Shown: positions 18,503 to 28,033, counted from the first letter of the stretch. The stretch is DNA of 64,000 bases from an uncultured Christensenella sp. (GCA_910584295.1 CAJTYR010000007.1:4469-68468), one strand, 5' to 3'. Numbers and translations: made by a program. The notes: generated from the sequence alone by a model not told the origin.

Positions 18503-18703
18503 ATGGTAAATTACAATGTGAAGATGATTGAAAGATATATGAAGGTACACGGAATGTCCAGAGCTGGTTTTTGCGATTTTTGTGGTGTGCCAGAAGACAC
18601 AGTTGACAAGATGTATGCAAAAGACGGCAGTGTCATGTCAGAAGATTTAATCAAAGTTGCTTCTGCTTTGTATGTCAGAGTTGACGATTTTTTAAATAGG
18701 TAA
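18503..18703 (+). CDS. Small HTH-like protein (66 aa), copy 2
   Basis: RBS AAGGAGAA. Differs from copy 1 at only a handful of residues, and most nucleotide differences are synonymous. Confidence 0.7.
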   Translation: MVNYNVKMIERYMKVHGMSRAGFCDFCGVPEDTVDKMYAKDGSVMSEDLIKVASALYVRVDDFLNR

Positions 18704-18810
18704 TGATATTATATTACTATATAATAATAAAACGCACTTTTTTATAGTGTGTTTTTTATATTTTTAGATCAAAATTCCATCTTGATTTTATAAAAGGTGA
18801 GTGTTATAAT

Positions 18811-19392
18811 TTGTCTATGATAAACGGAAGTTTTACAGAAAATGCAAAAACTTGTATGGTTAAACTGGAAGGAATTTTTGGTCATGATAGTATTGTCGCA
18901 GCATTGCAGCCTAGCAAGAATGATTTGTTGGTGGTGATAAAGGAGAATACATTTGGTGATGGCACTTCCTTTGTATTATCTTTATTGCATTCAAATGATG
19001 AATTTCAAACTGACAAACAAGATTGCTTATGTAACGACTGGCAATCCGGTAAGGAAGTTTGTAATCGCATAGGACTCATTGCATTTACAACTTATAAAAG
19101 TAAAGATTATGCTTGGCTGAATTTGATTGAAGTTGATGAAAAGTTTTATGGTCAAGGATACGGCAGTATGATGATGAAATATTTAAAATTTATTCTTCAA
19201 AATAATGCCAATGTAAATCTGGGTAAAAGATGTAACCAAATTACTGGTCGCTTCAAGCCTCATGGTCCTCGTTCTGCTGAAGATGTTAAAAGGTTTTATT
19301 TGCGAAATGGATGCAATAGTTATAAGCTTAATTCCTCTGGCTATATTGAAATACCATCAAAAGAAAAAATAGTCGGCAATGGAAAGTCTTAA
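18811..19392 (+). CDS. GNAT-like acetyltransferase-domain protein
   Basis: LIEVDEKFYGQGYGSMMMKYL resembles GNAT motif A (Q/R-x-x-G-x-G/A). TTG start 9 nt after AAGGTGAG; the ATG at 18817 is an alternative. Confidence 0.55.
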   Translation: MSMINGSFTENAKTCMVKLEGIFGHDSIVAALQPSKNDLLVVIKENTFGDGTSFVLSLLHSNDEFQTDKQDCLCNDWQSGKEVCNRIGLIAFTTYKSKDYAWLNLIEVDEKFYGQGYGSMMMKYLKFILQNNANVNLGKRCNQITGRFKPHGPRSAEDVKRFYLRNGCNSYKLNSSGYIEIPSKEKIVGNGKS

Positions 19393-19566
19393 TTGATATC
19401 TATTTCAATTGTTATGTTTCCAAAGTTGTGAGGTAAGATAAAGGAAATGTATTATAATCATAACAAGTAAAGTGTAAAAATTATTATAAAGTGGCGTGCT
19501 ACAAAAATTTTTTTGAAAAGTTGACATATTTTGTTGACTTTTCTTTTTTATCTGCATATAATAGTG

Positions 19567-19593
19567 CTAGCACTTGAAAGTCGAGAGTGCTAG
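19567..19593 (+). promoter_or_regulatory. CIRCE operator (HrcA binding site)
   Basis: CTAGCACTT-N9-GAGTGCTAG against the consensus TTAGCACTC-N9-GAGTGCTAA. Located just downstream of a TATAAT. Confidence 0.85.
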
Positions 19594-19619
19594 CAGACGA
19601 CAAAATAAAAGGTTTTTAT

Positions 19620-20615
19620 ATGGAACTCTCTGAAAGAAAAATCAAAATTTTGAATATTGCTGTTGAAGAGTTTATTAAGGACAGCGCGCCAATTACAAGT
19701 GGGGCTGTTAAAGACAAAACATCTTTGGATGTTTCAACTGCAACGCTTCGTTCGGAGCTTAATGCACTGGAGGCTATGGGTTTTTTGAAACAGCTTCACA
19801 CTTCTGGTGGAAGAGTGCCAACGGCGCAAGGGTATCGCTTTTATGTTGAGAACCTTTTGAAAAATGTCAAAGCAACAAATGCGGAACTTGAAGACGTGAG
19901 GGCAATCATCGAAAACAGAACTCAAAGTCTTGAGACGATTGTTGCTGGCATTGCAAAAATCATTTCAAAGGCAACAAATTATCCAACAGTGGTGCTTGTC
20001 AACGGCATGGAAAACTTGATTTTGCAAGAGTTTAAGATTATTCCACTTTTGGGTGACAAGTGTATGGTTTTGATTGGCACAAATTATGGCTACATCACCA
20101 ACACAATGGATGTTCAAGCGTCGCAAGAGAGTTGCACGGATGCCTCAAACTACCTCACCAAATATTTCAAAGGTGAGACCATGGGCTTTATGATGGAAAA
20201 CATCAAAGAACTCAAAAAAGGTATGAGTGGAGAAATCAAAGCATTTCAGAATGTGGTTGACAACATTGTTTTGGGGCTTTCAAAGATGAACAAGCAAAAA
20301 CTTTTGAATGTTCAAGCTGAAAGCGTGGTTGACCTTGTTGACAAGGCAAAAATTGAAGAAGCGAAAAAACTCATCAAAACATTGAGTGACAAAGAAGAAC
20401 TTATTGAAGTCTTGGATGATGATGAGAGTGAAATCTCTGCTGTGGTTGCTGAAGATGATGGGCAAGGTTGCTCGGTTGTTAAAGCGCCAATCATTGTTGG
20501 AGGTAACAAAGTTGCCTCAATTGGCGTGTTTGGACCTCAAAAGATGGATTACATTGGCATTGCGTCCGCACTTAAAGTTGTGATTGACGAACTTGGAAAA
20601 GAAAAAGGAGAATAG
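19620..20615 (+). CDS. hrcA: Heat-inducible transcription repressor HrcA
   Basis: MELSERKIKILNIAVEEFI...TLRSELNALEAMGFL. The start is placed after CIRCE. Confidence 0.9.
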   Translation: MELSERKIKILNIAVEEFIKDSAPITSGAVKDKTSLDVSTATLRSELNALEAMGFLKQLHTSGGRVPTAQGYRFYVENLLKNVKATNAELEDVRAIIENRTQSLETIVAGIAKIISKATNYPTVVLVNGMENLILQEFKIIPLLGDKCMVLIGTNYGYITNTMDVQASQESCTDASNYLTKYFKGETMGFMMENIKELKKGMSGEIKAFQNVVDNIVLGLSKMNKQKLLNVQAESVVDLVDKAKIEEAKKLIKTLSDKEELIEVLDDDESEISAVVAEDDGQGCSVVKAPIIVGGNKVASIGVFGPQKMDYIGIASALKVVIDELGKEKGE

Positions 20616-21308
20616 ATGAAAGACGAAGAGAAGATTGACAACATCTCAACAGAAGATGTGAAAGAGGAATGTCATTGCATGCATCACGATTGTGAATGTC
20701 AAGAAGGTGAAGAATGTACTTGCGGAGAGGAATGTCATTGTGGTGAAGAATGTACATGTGGGCATGAGTGCGATTGTCATCATGAGCATGTGGAAGATCA
20801 CAAGCACCATAAAAAGCATAAACATCACCATGAGGATGAGTGTTGTGGGCATTGTGATTGCGAACATGAGGAAAAAGAGTGTTGCGATCAAGAAGCAGGG
20901 CAATATCTTTTGATGGCACAAAGGCTTCAAGCTGATTTTGACAACTATCGCAAAAGAGTTGCTGAACAGTTGGATTTGCAAAGAGAGGAAGGAAAGAAGA
21001 GCGTTATTGAGGTGTTTCTGCCATGTCTGGACACTTTTAAAGAAGCAAAGAAATCTATATCTGATGAAAATGTGCTTTCAGGTGTCAACATGATTGAAAA
21101 CAAAATTTTGGCGGCACTTAAAACTTTGGGAGTTGAAAAAACTCCAAGTGTGGGTGAGAAATTTAACCACAATTTGCATGAAGTTATTGCAGTTTTGCGT
21201 GATGAAAGCAAAGAAAGCGACATTGTTTTGGATGAATACCAATCTGGCTGGACTTTGAATGGAAAAGTAATCAGATATTCAAAGGTTATCGTAAACAAAT
21301 TGGACTAA
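20616..21308 (+). CDS. grpE: Nucleotide exchange factor GrpE with Cys/His-rich N-terminal extension
   Basis: C-terminal two thirds is canonical GrpE (LQADFDNYRKR...). The ATG abuts the hrcA stop. Residues 19-90 are Cys/His-rich. Confidence 0.9.
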   Translation: MKDEEKIDNISTEDVKEECHCMHHDCECQEGEECTCGEECHCGEECTCGHECDCHHEHVEDHKHHKKHKHHHEDECCGHCDCEHEEKECCDQEAGQYLLMAQRLQADFDNYRKRVAEQLDLQREEGKKSVIEVFLPCLDTFKEAKKSISDENVLSGVNMIENKILAALKTLGVEKTPSVGEKFNHNLHEVIAVLRDESKESDIVLDEYQSGWTLNGKVIRYSKVIVNKLD

Positions 21309-21416
21309 AGAAATTTGGCTAAAAATGTGCAGTGCTGGGCGAATCTTGGCATGGGTACACAAAAAATAAATGGGGAAACCCGAATATATAATTAAAAGAA
21401 AAAGGAGAACAAAAAA

Positions 21417-23252
21417 ATGAGTAAAATTATTGGAATTGACTTAGGAACAACAAATTCTTGCGTGGCAGTTATGGAAGGCGGAAAGCCAACTGTCATTGCA
21501 AACGCAGAAGGAGACAGAACAACACCTTCTGTTGTGGCTTACACAAAGGAAGGAGAAAGACTTGTCGGAAAAGTTGCGAAGCGTCAAGCAATCGTCAATC
21601 ACGACAACACCGTTATCTCTATCAAAAGAGAAATGGGCACAAATTTCAAAGCAAAACTCAATGGAAAGGAATACACTCCTCAAGAAGTTTCTGCAATGAT
21701 TTTAGGCAAACTTAAGGCTGATGCTGAAAGTTATTTGGGCGAAAAGGTAACTCAAGCAGTCATCACTGTGCCTGCATATTTCAACGACAGTCAGCGTCAA
21801 GCAACAAAAGATGCCGGTAAGATTGCTGGGCTTGAAGTTTTGAGAATTATCAACGAGCCAACTGCTGCCGCTCTTGCTTATGGACTTGACAAGGGCGAAA
21901 ACAAAAACCAAAAGATTTTGGTGTATGACCTTGGGGGCGGAACATTCGATGTTTCCATCCTTGAAATTGGTGACAATGTGTTTGAAGTTTTGTCAACAAA
22001 CGGAAACACAAGACTTGGAGGAGATGACTTTGACAATCGTATCATCGACTTCTTGGTTGAAGAATTTAAGAAAGCAAATGGTGGAATGGATTTGTCTCAA
22101 GACAAACTTGCAATGCAAAGACTTAAAGAAGCTGCAGAAAAAGCAAAAATTGACCTTTCTGCAACTCCACTCACAACTGTAAGCCTTCCATTCATCACTG
22201 CTGATGCAAATGGTCCAAAACACCTGGAAGTTGAACTTTCTCGTGCGAAATTTGATGCTTTGACTGAAGATTTGGTTAAAGAGACAACTGACTGCTGTGC
22301 AAAGGCTCTTTCTGATGCAAAACTCAAAACTTCTGACATTGACAAGGTGATTCTTGTTGGTGGTTCAACTCGTATTCCTGCAGTTGTTGAAGCTGTTAAA
22401 AAATACACTGGAAAAGAACCATTCAAGGGCGTTAACCCTGACGAATGTGTTGCCGTTGGCGCTGCAATTCAAGCCGGAGTTCTTGCTGGAGATGTGAAGG
22501 ACGTTCTTCTTTTGGATGTTACTCCACTTTCTCTTGGAATTGAAACTTTGGGTGGCGTGTTTACAAAACTTATTGAAAGAAACACAACAATTCCAACAAA
22601 GAAATCTCAAGTTTTCTCAACTGCTGCAGACAATCAACCTGGCGTTGACATTCATGTGCTTCAAGGTGAAAGAGAATTTGCTGCTCAAAACAAATCTCTT
22701 GGAAGATTCCAACTTTCTGACATTCCACCTGCACCAAGAGGTGTGCCACAAATCGAAGTTACTTTCGACATTGATGCAAATGGAATTGTGAAAGTTTCTG
22801 CAAAAGATCTTGGAACAAACAAAGAACAAAACATCACAATCACTGCTTCTTCAAACTTGAGTGAAGCTGATATTGACAAGGCAATCAAAGAGGCTGAAGC
22901 GCATGCTGAAGAAGACAAGAAGAGAAAAGAATTTGTTGAAACAAAAAATCAAGCTGACAACATGGTTTATTCTCTTGAGAAAATGCTTAAGGAAAACGGA
23001 GATAAACTTTCCGCTGAAGACAAAAAACGTCTTGAAGATGAAATCGAAAAAGACAAGAAAGAGTTTGAAAGTGAAGATGTTGAAGTAATCAAAAAAGCGC
23101 TTGAAAGTCTTACTCAAGTTTCAAATGAAGTGTTTACAAAGATGTATCAAAATGCAAATCCTAATGGTGCAACTGGAGCACAAGGAAATTCTGGTGACAA
23201 TGGAGCGAATGCTTCATCTGACAACAGCGATCCAGATGTAACAATCGAATAA
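21417..23252 (+). CDS. dnaK: Chaperone DnaK (Hsp70)
   Basis: [24 protein letters not shown] and other Hsp70 signatures. Confidence 0.97.
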   Translation: MSKIIGIDLGTTNSCVAVMEGGKPTVIANAEGDRTTPSVVAYTKEGERLVGKVAKRQAIVNHDNTVISIKREMGTNFKAKLNGKEYTPQEVSAMILGKLKADAESYLGEKVTQAVITVPAYFNDSQRQATKDAGKIAGLEVLRIINEPTAAALAYGLDKGENKNQKILVYDLGGGTFDVSILEIGDNVFEVLSTNGNTRLGGDDFDNRIIDFLVEEFKKANGGMDLSQDKLAMQRLKEAAEKAKIDLSATPLTTVSLPFITADANGPKHLEVELSRAKFDALTEDLVKETTDCCAKALSDAKLKTSDIDKVILVGGSTRIPAVVEAVKKYTGKEPFKGVNPDECVAVGAAIQAGVLAGDVKDVLLLDVTPLSLGIETLGGVFTKLIERNTTIPTKKSQVFSTAADNQPGVDIHVLQGEREFAAQNKSLGRFQLSDIPPAPRGVPQIEVTFDIDANGIVKVSAKDLGTNKEQNITITASSNLSEADIDKAIKEAEAHAEEDKKRKEFVETKNQADNMVYSLEKMLKENGDKLSAEDKKRLEDEIEKDKKEFESEDVEVIKKALESLTQVSNEVFTKMYQNANPNGATGAQGNSGDNGANASSDNSDPDVTIE

Positions 23253-23253
23253 A

Positions 23254-23391
23254 CTTCGCTGATTGCTCGTTTTCGAGTTTACTCGAAAAGCATCGCCTTG
23301 ACGCTTGTTTATTCAATTTTGTGACCAAACGCAAGTCGCATTGCGTGTTAAACATTCCATTGGCGACTTTGCGGCGACTTTACGAGCGAAG
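23254..23391 (+). repeat. Structured interspersed element, copy A
   Basis: The ends pair (CTTCGCT/AGCGAAG). Hairpin at 23270-23289. Collinear conserved blocks are shared with 54671-54787. Confidence 0.5.
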
Positions 23392-23462
23392 AGGAACAAA
23401 GTATTATAACTTTGCAGTTTGTGCGTATTAGGACAAATGACGATGATGATAAACTTGTCGTT

Positions 23463-23606
23463 ATGGCGAATGATAAAAACTATTCAATTGAACAGATTTC
23501 TGCTTTAGTGGAATTTCAGGAAATGTATTATACAAGCGAAATATACTTTGAGGAAAATGGAAAAATTGTTTCAAAAAAATTTTATAATGGCGAACCGATA
23601 AAATAA
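23463..23606 (+). CDS. Possible small protein between dnaK and dnaJ (47 aa from the ATG; 64 aa from the TTG at 23412)
   Basis: Non-repetitive, protein-like ORF ending 12 nt before dnaJ, but no convincing RBS. Confidence 0.25.
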   Translation: MANDKNYSIEQISALVEFQEMYYTSEIYFEENGKIVSKKFYNGEPIK

Positions 23607-23617
23607 AGGAAAAATTA

Positions 23618-24754
23618 ATGGCTAACAAAGATTATTATGAGATTTTGGGTGTGCAGAAGGGGGCGGATGCGGACGAGATTAAGTCCGCATATCGCCGTCT
23701 TGCAAAAAAATATCATCCAGATTTAAACAAAGCCCCAGAGGCTGCTGAAAAATTCAAAGAAATCAACGAGGCTTATGAAGTGCTTGGCGATGACAAAAAG
23801 CGTGCCAATTATGACCAATATGGCTCTGCTGATGGTCCTCAATTCGGGGGGCAAGGTGGAGGCTTTGGTGACTTTTTTGGCGGTGGAGCGGGAGGCTTCA
23901 GTGGAGGTTTCTCCGACATTTTCTCCGATATCTTTTCAGCATTTGGCGGAGGCGGTGGAAATTCTCGTGTTCAACAACAAGGTGAGGACATCAATGTTGC
24001 AATGAAATTGTCTTTTGATGAGGCTGTTTTTGGCGTTGAAAAAATCATTTCTTTCAATCGAGTTGAAACTTGCAAAAAGTGCAAAGGCACTGGTGCAAAA
24101 AATGGAAAAGAATTTTCAACTTGTTCTGATTGCAAAGGTGCTGGAAGAGTGAGATATCAACAGCGTACTCCATTTGGAATGAGTGTGAGAGAAAGTGTTT
24201 GTCCAAGATGTGGTGGCACTGGGAAAATGATTAAAGAAAAGTGCGAAGAGTGTTTTGGAAAAGGAACAAAAAAAGAGCGTGCTTCTGTCAAAGTCAAAGT
24301 GCCTGCAGGCATTGATGACGGTCAAACAATTCGTGTGCGTGGAGAAGGCAATGCTCCAATGTCAGAAGGCATTTCTGGTGACTTGAACATCAGAGTTTCT
24401 GTTGAAAAACACAAAATCTTCAAACGCGTCGGCACAGACCTTTTGTTTGATTTATATGTGCCTTTCACGACATGTCTTTTGGGAGGAAAGGTTGAAATTC
24501 CACTTACAAAAGGCAAGTTGATTCTTGACATTGATGAGGGCACAGAAAGTGGCACAGTAAAGAGAATTAAAGGCAAAGGTGTGAAGGTGTTAAATCGTGA
24601 AAGTTACGGGGATATGCTTGTCACAATCAAGAGTGAGCCTCCAAGAAACTTAAATCGAAAGACAAAAGAGCTTTTGCGTGAGCTTGACAACAATTTGACG
24701 GAAAATGACTTTCCAAAAACAAAAGATTTCAAAAATAAGGTGAAAGGGTTGTAA
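23618..24754 (+). CDS. dnaJ: Co-chaperone DnaJ
   Basis: J domain (DYYEILGV...HPD), G/F-rich linker, four CxxCxGxG zinc motifs. Confidence 0.95.
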   Translation: MANKDYYEILGVQKGADADEIKSAYRRLAKKYHPDLNKAPEAAEKFKEINEAYEVLGDDKKRANYDQYGSADGPQFGGQGGGFGDFFGGGAGGFSGGFSDIFSDIFSAFGGGGGNSRVQQQGEDINVAMKLSFDEAVFGVEKIISFNRVETCKKCKGTGAKNGKEFSTCSDCKGAGRVRYQQRTPFGMSVRESVCPRCGGTGKMIKEKCEECFGKGTKKERASVKVKVPAGIDDGQTIRVRGEGNAPMSEGISGDLNIRVSVEKHKIFKRVGTDLLFDLYVPFTTCLLGGKVEIPLTKGKLILDIDEGTESGTVKRIKGKGVKVLNRESYGDMLVTIKSEPPRNLNRKTKELLRELDNNLTENDFPKTKDFKNKVKGL

Positions 24755-24838
24755 ATTCAACCTTTTCTTTTTTATTTTCTGTCTTATGTTTGCTTTTTAT
24801 CGAAAAAATAGTGTAAAATATATCTGTTAGGGGGCATT

Positions 24839-25543
24839 ATGCGTAGATTTTTCGGTGTTTTAAAGAATAATAAAGTCATTGTTGAAGGAGAAGAATACAA
24901 CCATCTTAAAAATGTTTTGAGGATGGTGGTTGGAGATGAGCTTCTTGTCAGTCTTAATGATGCTTTTGAATATATTTGTGAAATTGTAAAGATGGAAAAA
25001 GGTCATGCCATTTGCAAAATCAATGGTAAGCGTGAATGTGAAGGGAATCCTCGCAAAAATATAGTGATTTTCCAAGCGATTACAAAAGGTGCAAAGTTTG
25101 AATTTATTGTCCAAAAAGCCACTGAAATTGGAATTTCAAAAATTGTTCCATTTGTGAGTGAATTTGTCATTGCAAAAGTTTCTGAAAGTAAGCGTGACAG
25201 ACTTTTGTCAATTGCTCTCAATGCATGTAAGCAGTGTGAAAGAACAGTCGTTCCAGAAATTGCCGATGTGACTGATGTCGATGGAGTGATTTCTCAATTT
25301 AAAGATTTTGACCTTGTTTTGTTTGCAAATGAAAGAGCAAATGTTGGCAAGAAGATTAAAGATCTTGACAAGCATCAAAACATTGCAATCATCGTTGGCT
25401 CAGAAGGTGGATTTTCTCAAAAAGAGAAAGAAAAGTTTGAGGGGGCAGGTGCAACGACAATTTCTCTTGGAAAAAGAATTTATAGATGTGAAACTGCGTC
25501 AGTTGCAATGATGAGTTTGGTTTCAATTTTAAGCGGAAATTAG
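24839..25543 (+). CDS. rsmE: 16S rRNA (uracil1498-N3)-methyltransferase RsmE
   Basis: RsmE-like N- and C-termini (IIVGSEGGFS, LGKRI...ETA). Bacillus-like position after dnaJ. Confidence 0.8.
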   Translation: MRRFFGVLKNNKVIVEGEEYNHLKNVLRMVVGDELLVSLNDAFEYICEIVKMEKGHAICKINGKRECEGNPRKNIVIFQAITKGAKFEFIVQKATEIGISKIVPFVSEFVIAKVSESKRDRLLSIALNACKQCERTVVPEIADVTDVDGVISQFKDFDLVLFANERANVGKKIKDLDKHQNIAIIVGSEGGFSQKEKEKFEGAGATTISLGKRIYRCETASVAMMSLVSILSGN

Positions 25544-25544
25544 T

Positions 25545-26786
25545 ATGAAAGTATCAGTTTTGACACTTGGATGTAAAGTGAACAAATATGAGAGCGACGC
25601 TCTCATTTTTGAATTGAAGAAAAGAGGATTTGAAGCGACAGACAGTCTTGAAGAGGCTGATATTTTCATAATCAATACATGTGCTGTGACGAATGAGGCG
25701 GAGAAAAAATCTCGTCAAATGATTGAACGTGCAAGAAAGTTTAATCCAAATGCAAAGGTATTTGTCATGGGTTGTGCAAGTCAAAACAGACCAGTGCAAT
25801 TTGATGACAGAAATGTCAATGTTTTGATTGGCACGGCGAACAAGAAAAAAATTGTTGATATGCTTGAAGAACAAGGGCAAAAGCTTTATGAACTTCCAAC
25901 CGAATATGAGGATGATTTGTTTTCAGCACAGTCGCTCACAAGAGCGTTTATAAAAATTCAGGATGGCTGCAACAATTTTTGCTCCTATTGCATTATACCA
26001 TATCTTCGTGGAAGAAGCAGGTCAAGAAAACTTGAAAGTGTTGTGTGTGAGGCATCAAAACTTCATGAAAATGTCAAAGAGATTGTCCTTGTTGGGATTG
26101 ATGTGTCAGACTATAAAATTGATGGACAAAAGGGGTTGGGGATACTTCTTGAAAGTCTTGATGTTTTTGGAAAGAGACTTCGTCTTTCTTCAATGGAAGA
26201 TGGACTTATTGATGAGGAATTTATGCAAAAACTTTCTTCGCTTAAAAACTTCTGTCCACACTTTCATTTGTCGCTTCAAAGCGGTTGTGACAATGTTTTG
26301 AAGAAAATGAATCGTAAATACACCACAGCACAGTTTGAAGAAAGCGTTCGACTTATCAGAAAATATTTCCCTCTTGCAGGCATAACGACGGACATCATTG
26401 TTGGTTTTCCAACAGAGACGGATGAAGATTTTGAAAGTACTTTAAGGTTTGTTGAGAAGATTAAATTTTCACAATTGCACATCTTTCCATATTCAAAGCG
26501 GACTGGCACGGCTTCAGCAAAACTTTATGGCGACCTGTCAGGCAAAGTGAAAGCGGAGCGACTTAAACGCTTGGAAGAAGTTGGCAAAAAACATAAACTT
26601 GAGTTTATCAAGGAAAACAAGACTGGCAAAGTCTTGATTGAAGAGGTGACAAAAGAATTTGCTTTGGGCTATACCGAAAATTACATAAAGTGTTATTTGA
26701 AAGGGGATTTCCAAGTTGGTGACATTGTGGAAGTAGACTTGATTGAACCTTTTAAAGATGGGGCTTTGGCAAGAAAAAAAGTTTAA
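25545..26786 (+). CDS. mtaB: Radical-SAM methylthiotransferase MtaB
   Basis: UPF0004 N-domain (TLGCKVN), radical-SAM cluster motif CNNFCSYC. Synteny with rsmE (yqeU-yqeV). Confidence 0.85.
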   Translation: MKVSVLTLGCKVNKYESDALIFELKKRGFEATDSLEEADIFIINTCAVTNEAEKKSRQMIERARKFNPNAKVFVMGCASQNRPVQFDDRNVNVLIGTANKKKIVDMLEEQGQKLYELPTEYEDDLFSAQSLTRAFIKIQDGCNNFCSYCIIPYLRGRSRSRKLESVVCEASKLHENVKEIVLVGIDVSDYKIDGQKGLGILLESLDVFGKRLRLSSMEDGLIDEEFMQKLSSLKNFCPHFHLSLQSGCDNVLKKMNRKYTTAQFEESVRLIRKYFPLAGITTDIIVGFPTETDEDFESTLRFVEKIKFSQLHIFPYSKRTGTASAKLYGDLSGKVKAERLKRLEEVGKKHKLEFIKENKTGKVLIEEVTKEFALGYTENYIKCYLKGDFQVGDIVEVDLIEPFKDGALARKKV

Positions 26787-26859
26787 TACTTTATTTGGGT
26801 ATGGACTTTTGGAAAAAAGTGTGTTAAGATAAATCGAGTTTAAAAGACGGAGGAGCGTT

Positions 26860-27942
26860 ATGGCATTGTTTAACAAAATGACTGACGAAGAAAAAAGGGC
26901 AAAAGAAAGAGAAAAGAAAATTGGAAGATTTCAAAAAGAACTCGGAGTTTTTGGTGAACCGGAATATGTTGTAAGAAAAGCAGTTTTGGAATTCGCAAAA
27001 ACATGTAATTATGGTTGGGGAGAAATGTTTTTGACTGAAGCACAAGAAAAGGATGCAGAGTTTATGCTTCAAATTTTTGGTGCAAATGAAGCCTTACTAA
27101 ATCAGTATTACATCCCAAGAGAATTGAAATCAGATGAAAGATTTGTTATTGGATATTTGAAATTGGTCTACGCAAGAGAACTTGATTTTAAAAAGAGAAA
27201 TAATATTGATAAGAGTTTGAAAACTTATGAATATTACAATTTTTTAAAAGATTTCCCTATCAGAACTAACATAGAATTTTTGACGCTTTTTGCAAGAACA
27301 TTTCCAGAGTGCAACATAATGGAAGTATTCGACAAAATAACGGACGAGAATTATATGTTTGGTGAAGGACAAAAAATGTTTGACCAGTTTGGAGCAATAC
27401 TTGCAAAGGATGTTTGCATAAGTCAAGCCAGACGACATGGATATAAATTTGTAAGACATATTCCAAGTGATAATCCAAATTATCTTGAAATCATGATGAC
27501 AGGCATTGAAAAGGATGGATTCAAATCCCTTGCTTATCTTCCAAAAGAGATGATTTGGGAAAATCGAGATCTTATTGTGCTTGCCTCAAAACATGACCAC
27601 TCGGATGGGCTTAAGAGATATTTTTCAAATACGTTATCTCCTCGTCAAGAGCGTGATTATTTTTGTCATGGAGAATTGCATACCAACACATATATGGAAT
27701 ATGAGTTTTATCCTCTTCGCAAAGCCTTGATTGAGGACGATGCATTGTTTGATGCAATTGATGCTCCAGAAGAGGTAAAAAATGAATTACGTGCAGAAAT
27801 TGCCAAAAAAACCAAAGAATTTTATGAGCAAGTTAAGCCTTACGAAGAGCGTGGGCTTGTTGCTCCAAAGAATGGTGCAGAAAAATCTGTTGTTCAAAGA
27901 ATTGCACAAAATATTCAAAATTCAAAAAAAGACAGCAAGTAA
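26860..27942 (+). CDS. Hypothetical protein, possibly DUF4116-like repeats
   Basis: 360-aa ORF with RBS GGAGGAG. Repeated P-x-E-L/M-x-x-D/N-x-x-hydrophobic units. No confident motif. Confidence 0.6.
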   Translation: MALFNKMTDEEKRAKEREKKIGRFQKELGVFGEPEYVVRKAVLEFAKTCNYGWGEMFLTEAQEKDAEFMLQIFGANEALLNQYYIPRELKSDERFVIGYLKLVYARELDFKKRNNIDKSLKTYEYYNFLKDFPIRTNIEFLTLFARTFPECNIMEVFDKITDENYMFGEGQKMFDQFGAILAKDVCISQARRHGYKFVRHIPSDNPNYLEIMMTGIEKDGFKSLAYLPKEMIWENRDLIVLASKHDHSDGLKRYFSNTLSPRQERDYFCHGELHTNTYMEYEFYPLRKALIEDDALFDAIDAPEEVKNELRAEIAKKTKEFYEQVKPYEERGLVAPKNGAEKSVVQRIAQNIQNSKKDSK

Positions 27943-28033
27943 TGCTGTTTTTTTTGAAAGAAAACTTGACTTAAGGTAAATTTATGTGATAAGATAAGCA
28001 AGAATTGTGACCTTGAAAGGTGGTGAGAAAAGA

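Noticed and set aside
20572-20981. His-rich minus-strand ORFs (115 and 111 aa) and a + strand alternative frame across the grpE 5' region
   Set aside because: They mirror the repetitive GAA/TGT/CAT-rich coding of the Cys/His tail. Only the grpE frame continues into a recognisable protein and is start-coupled to the hrcA stop.
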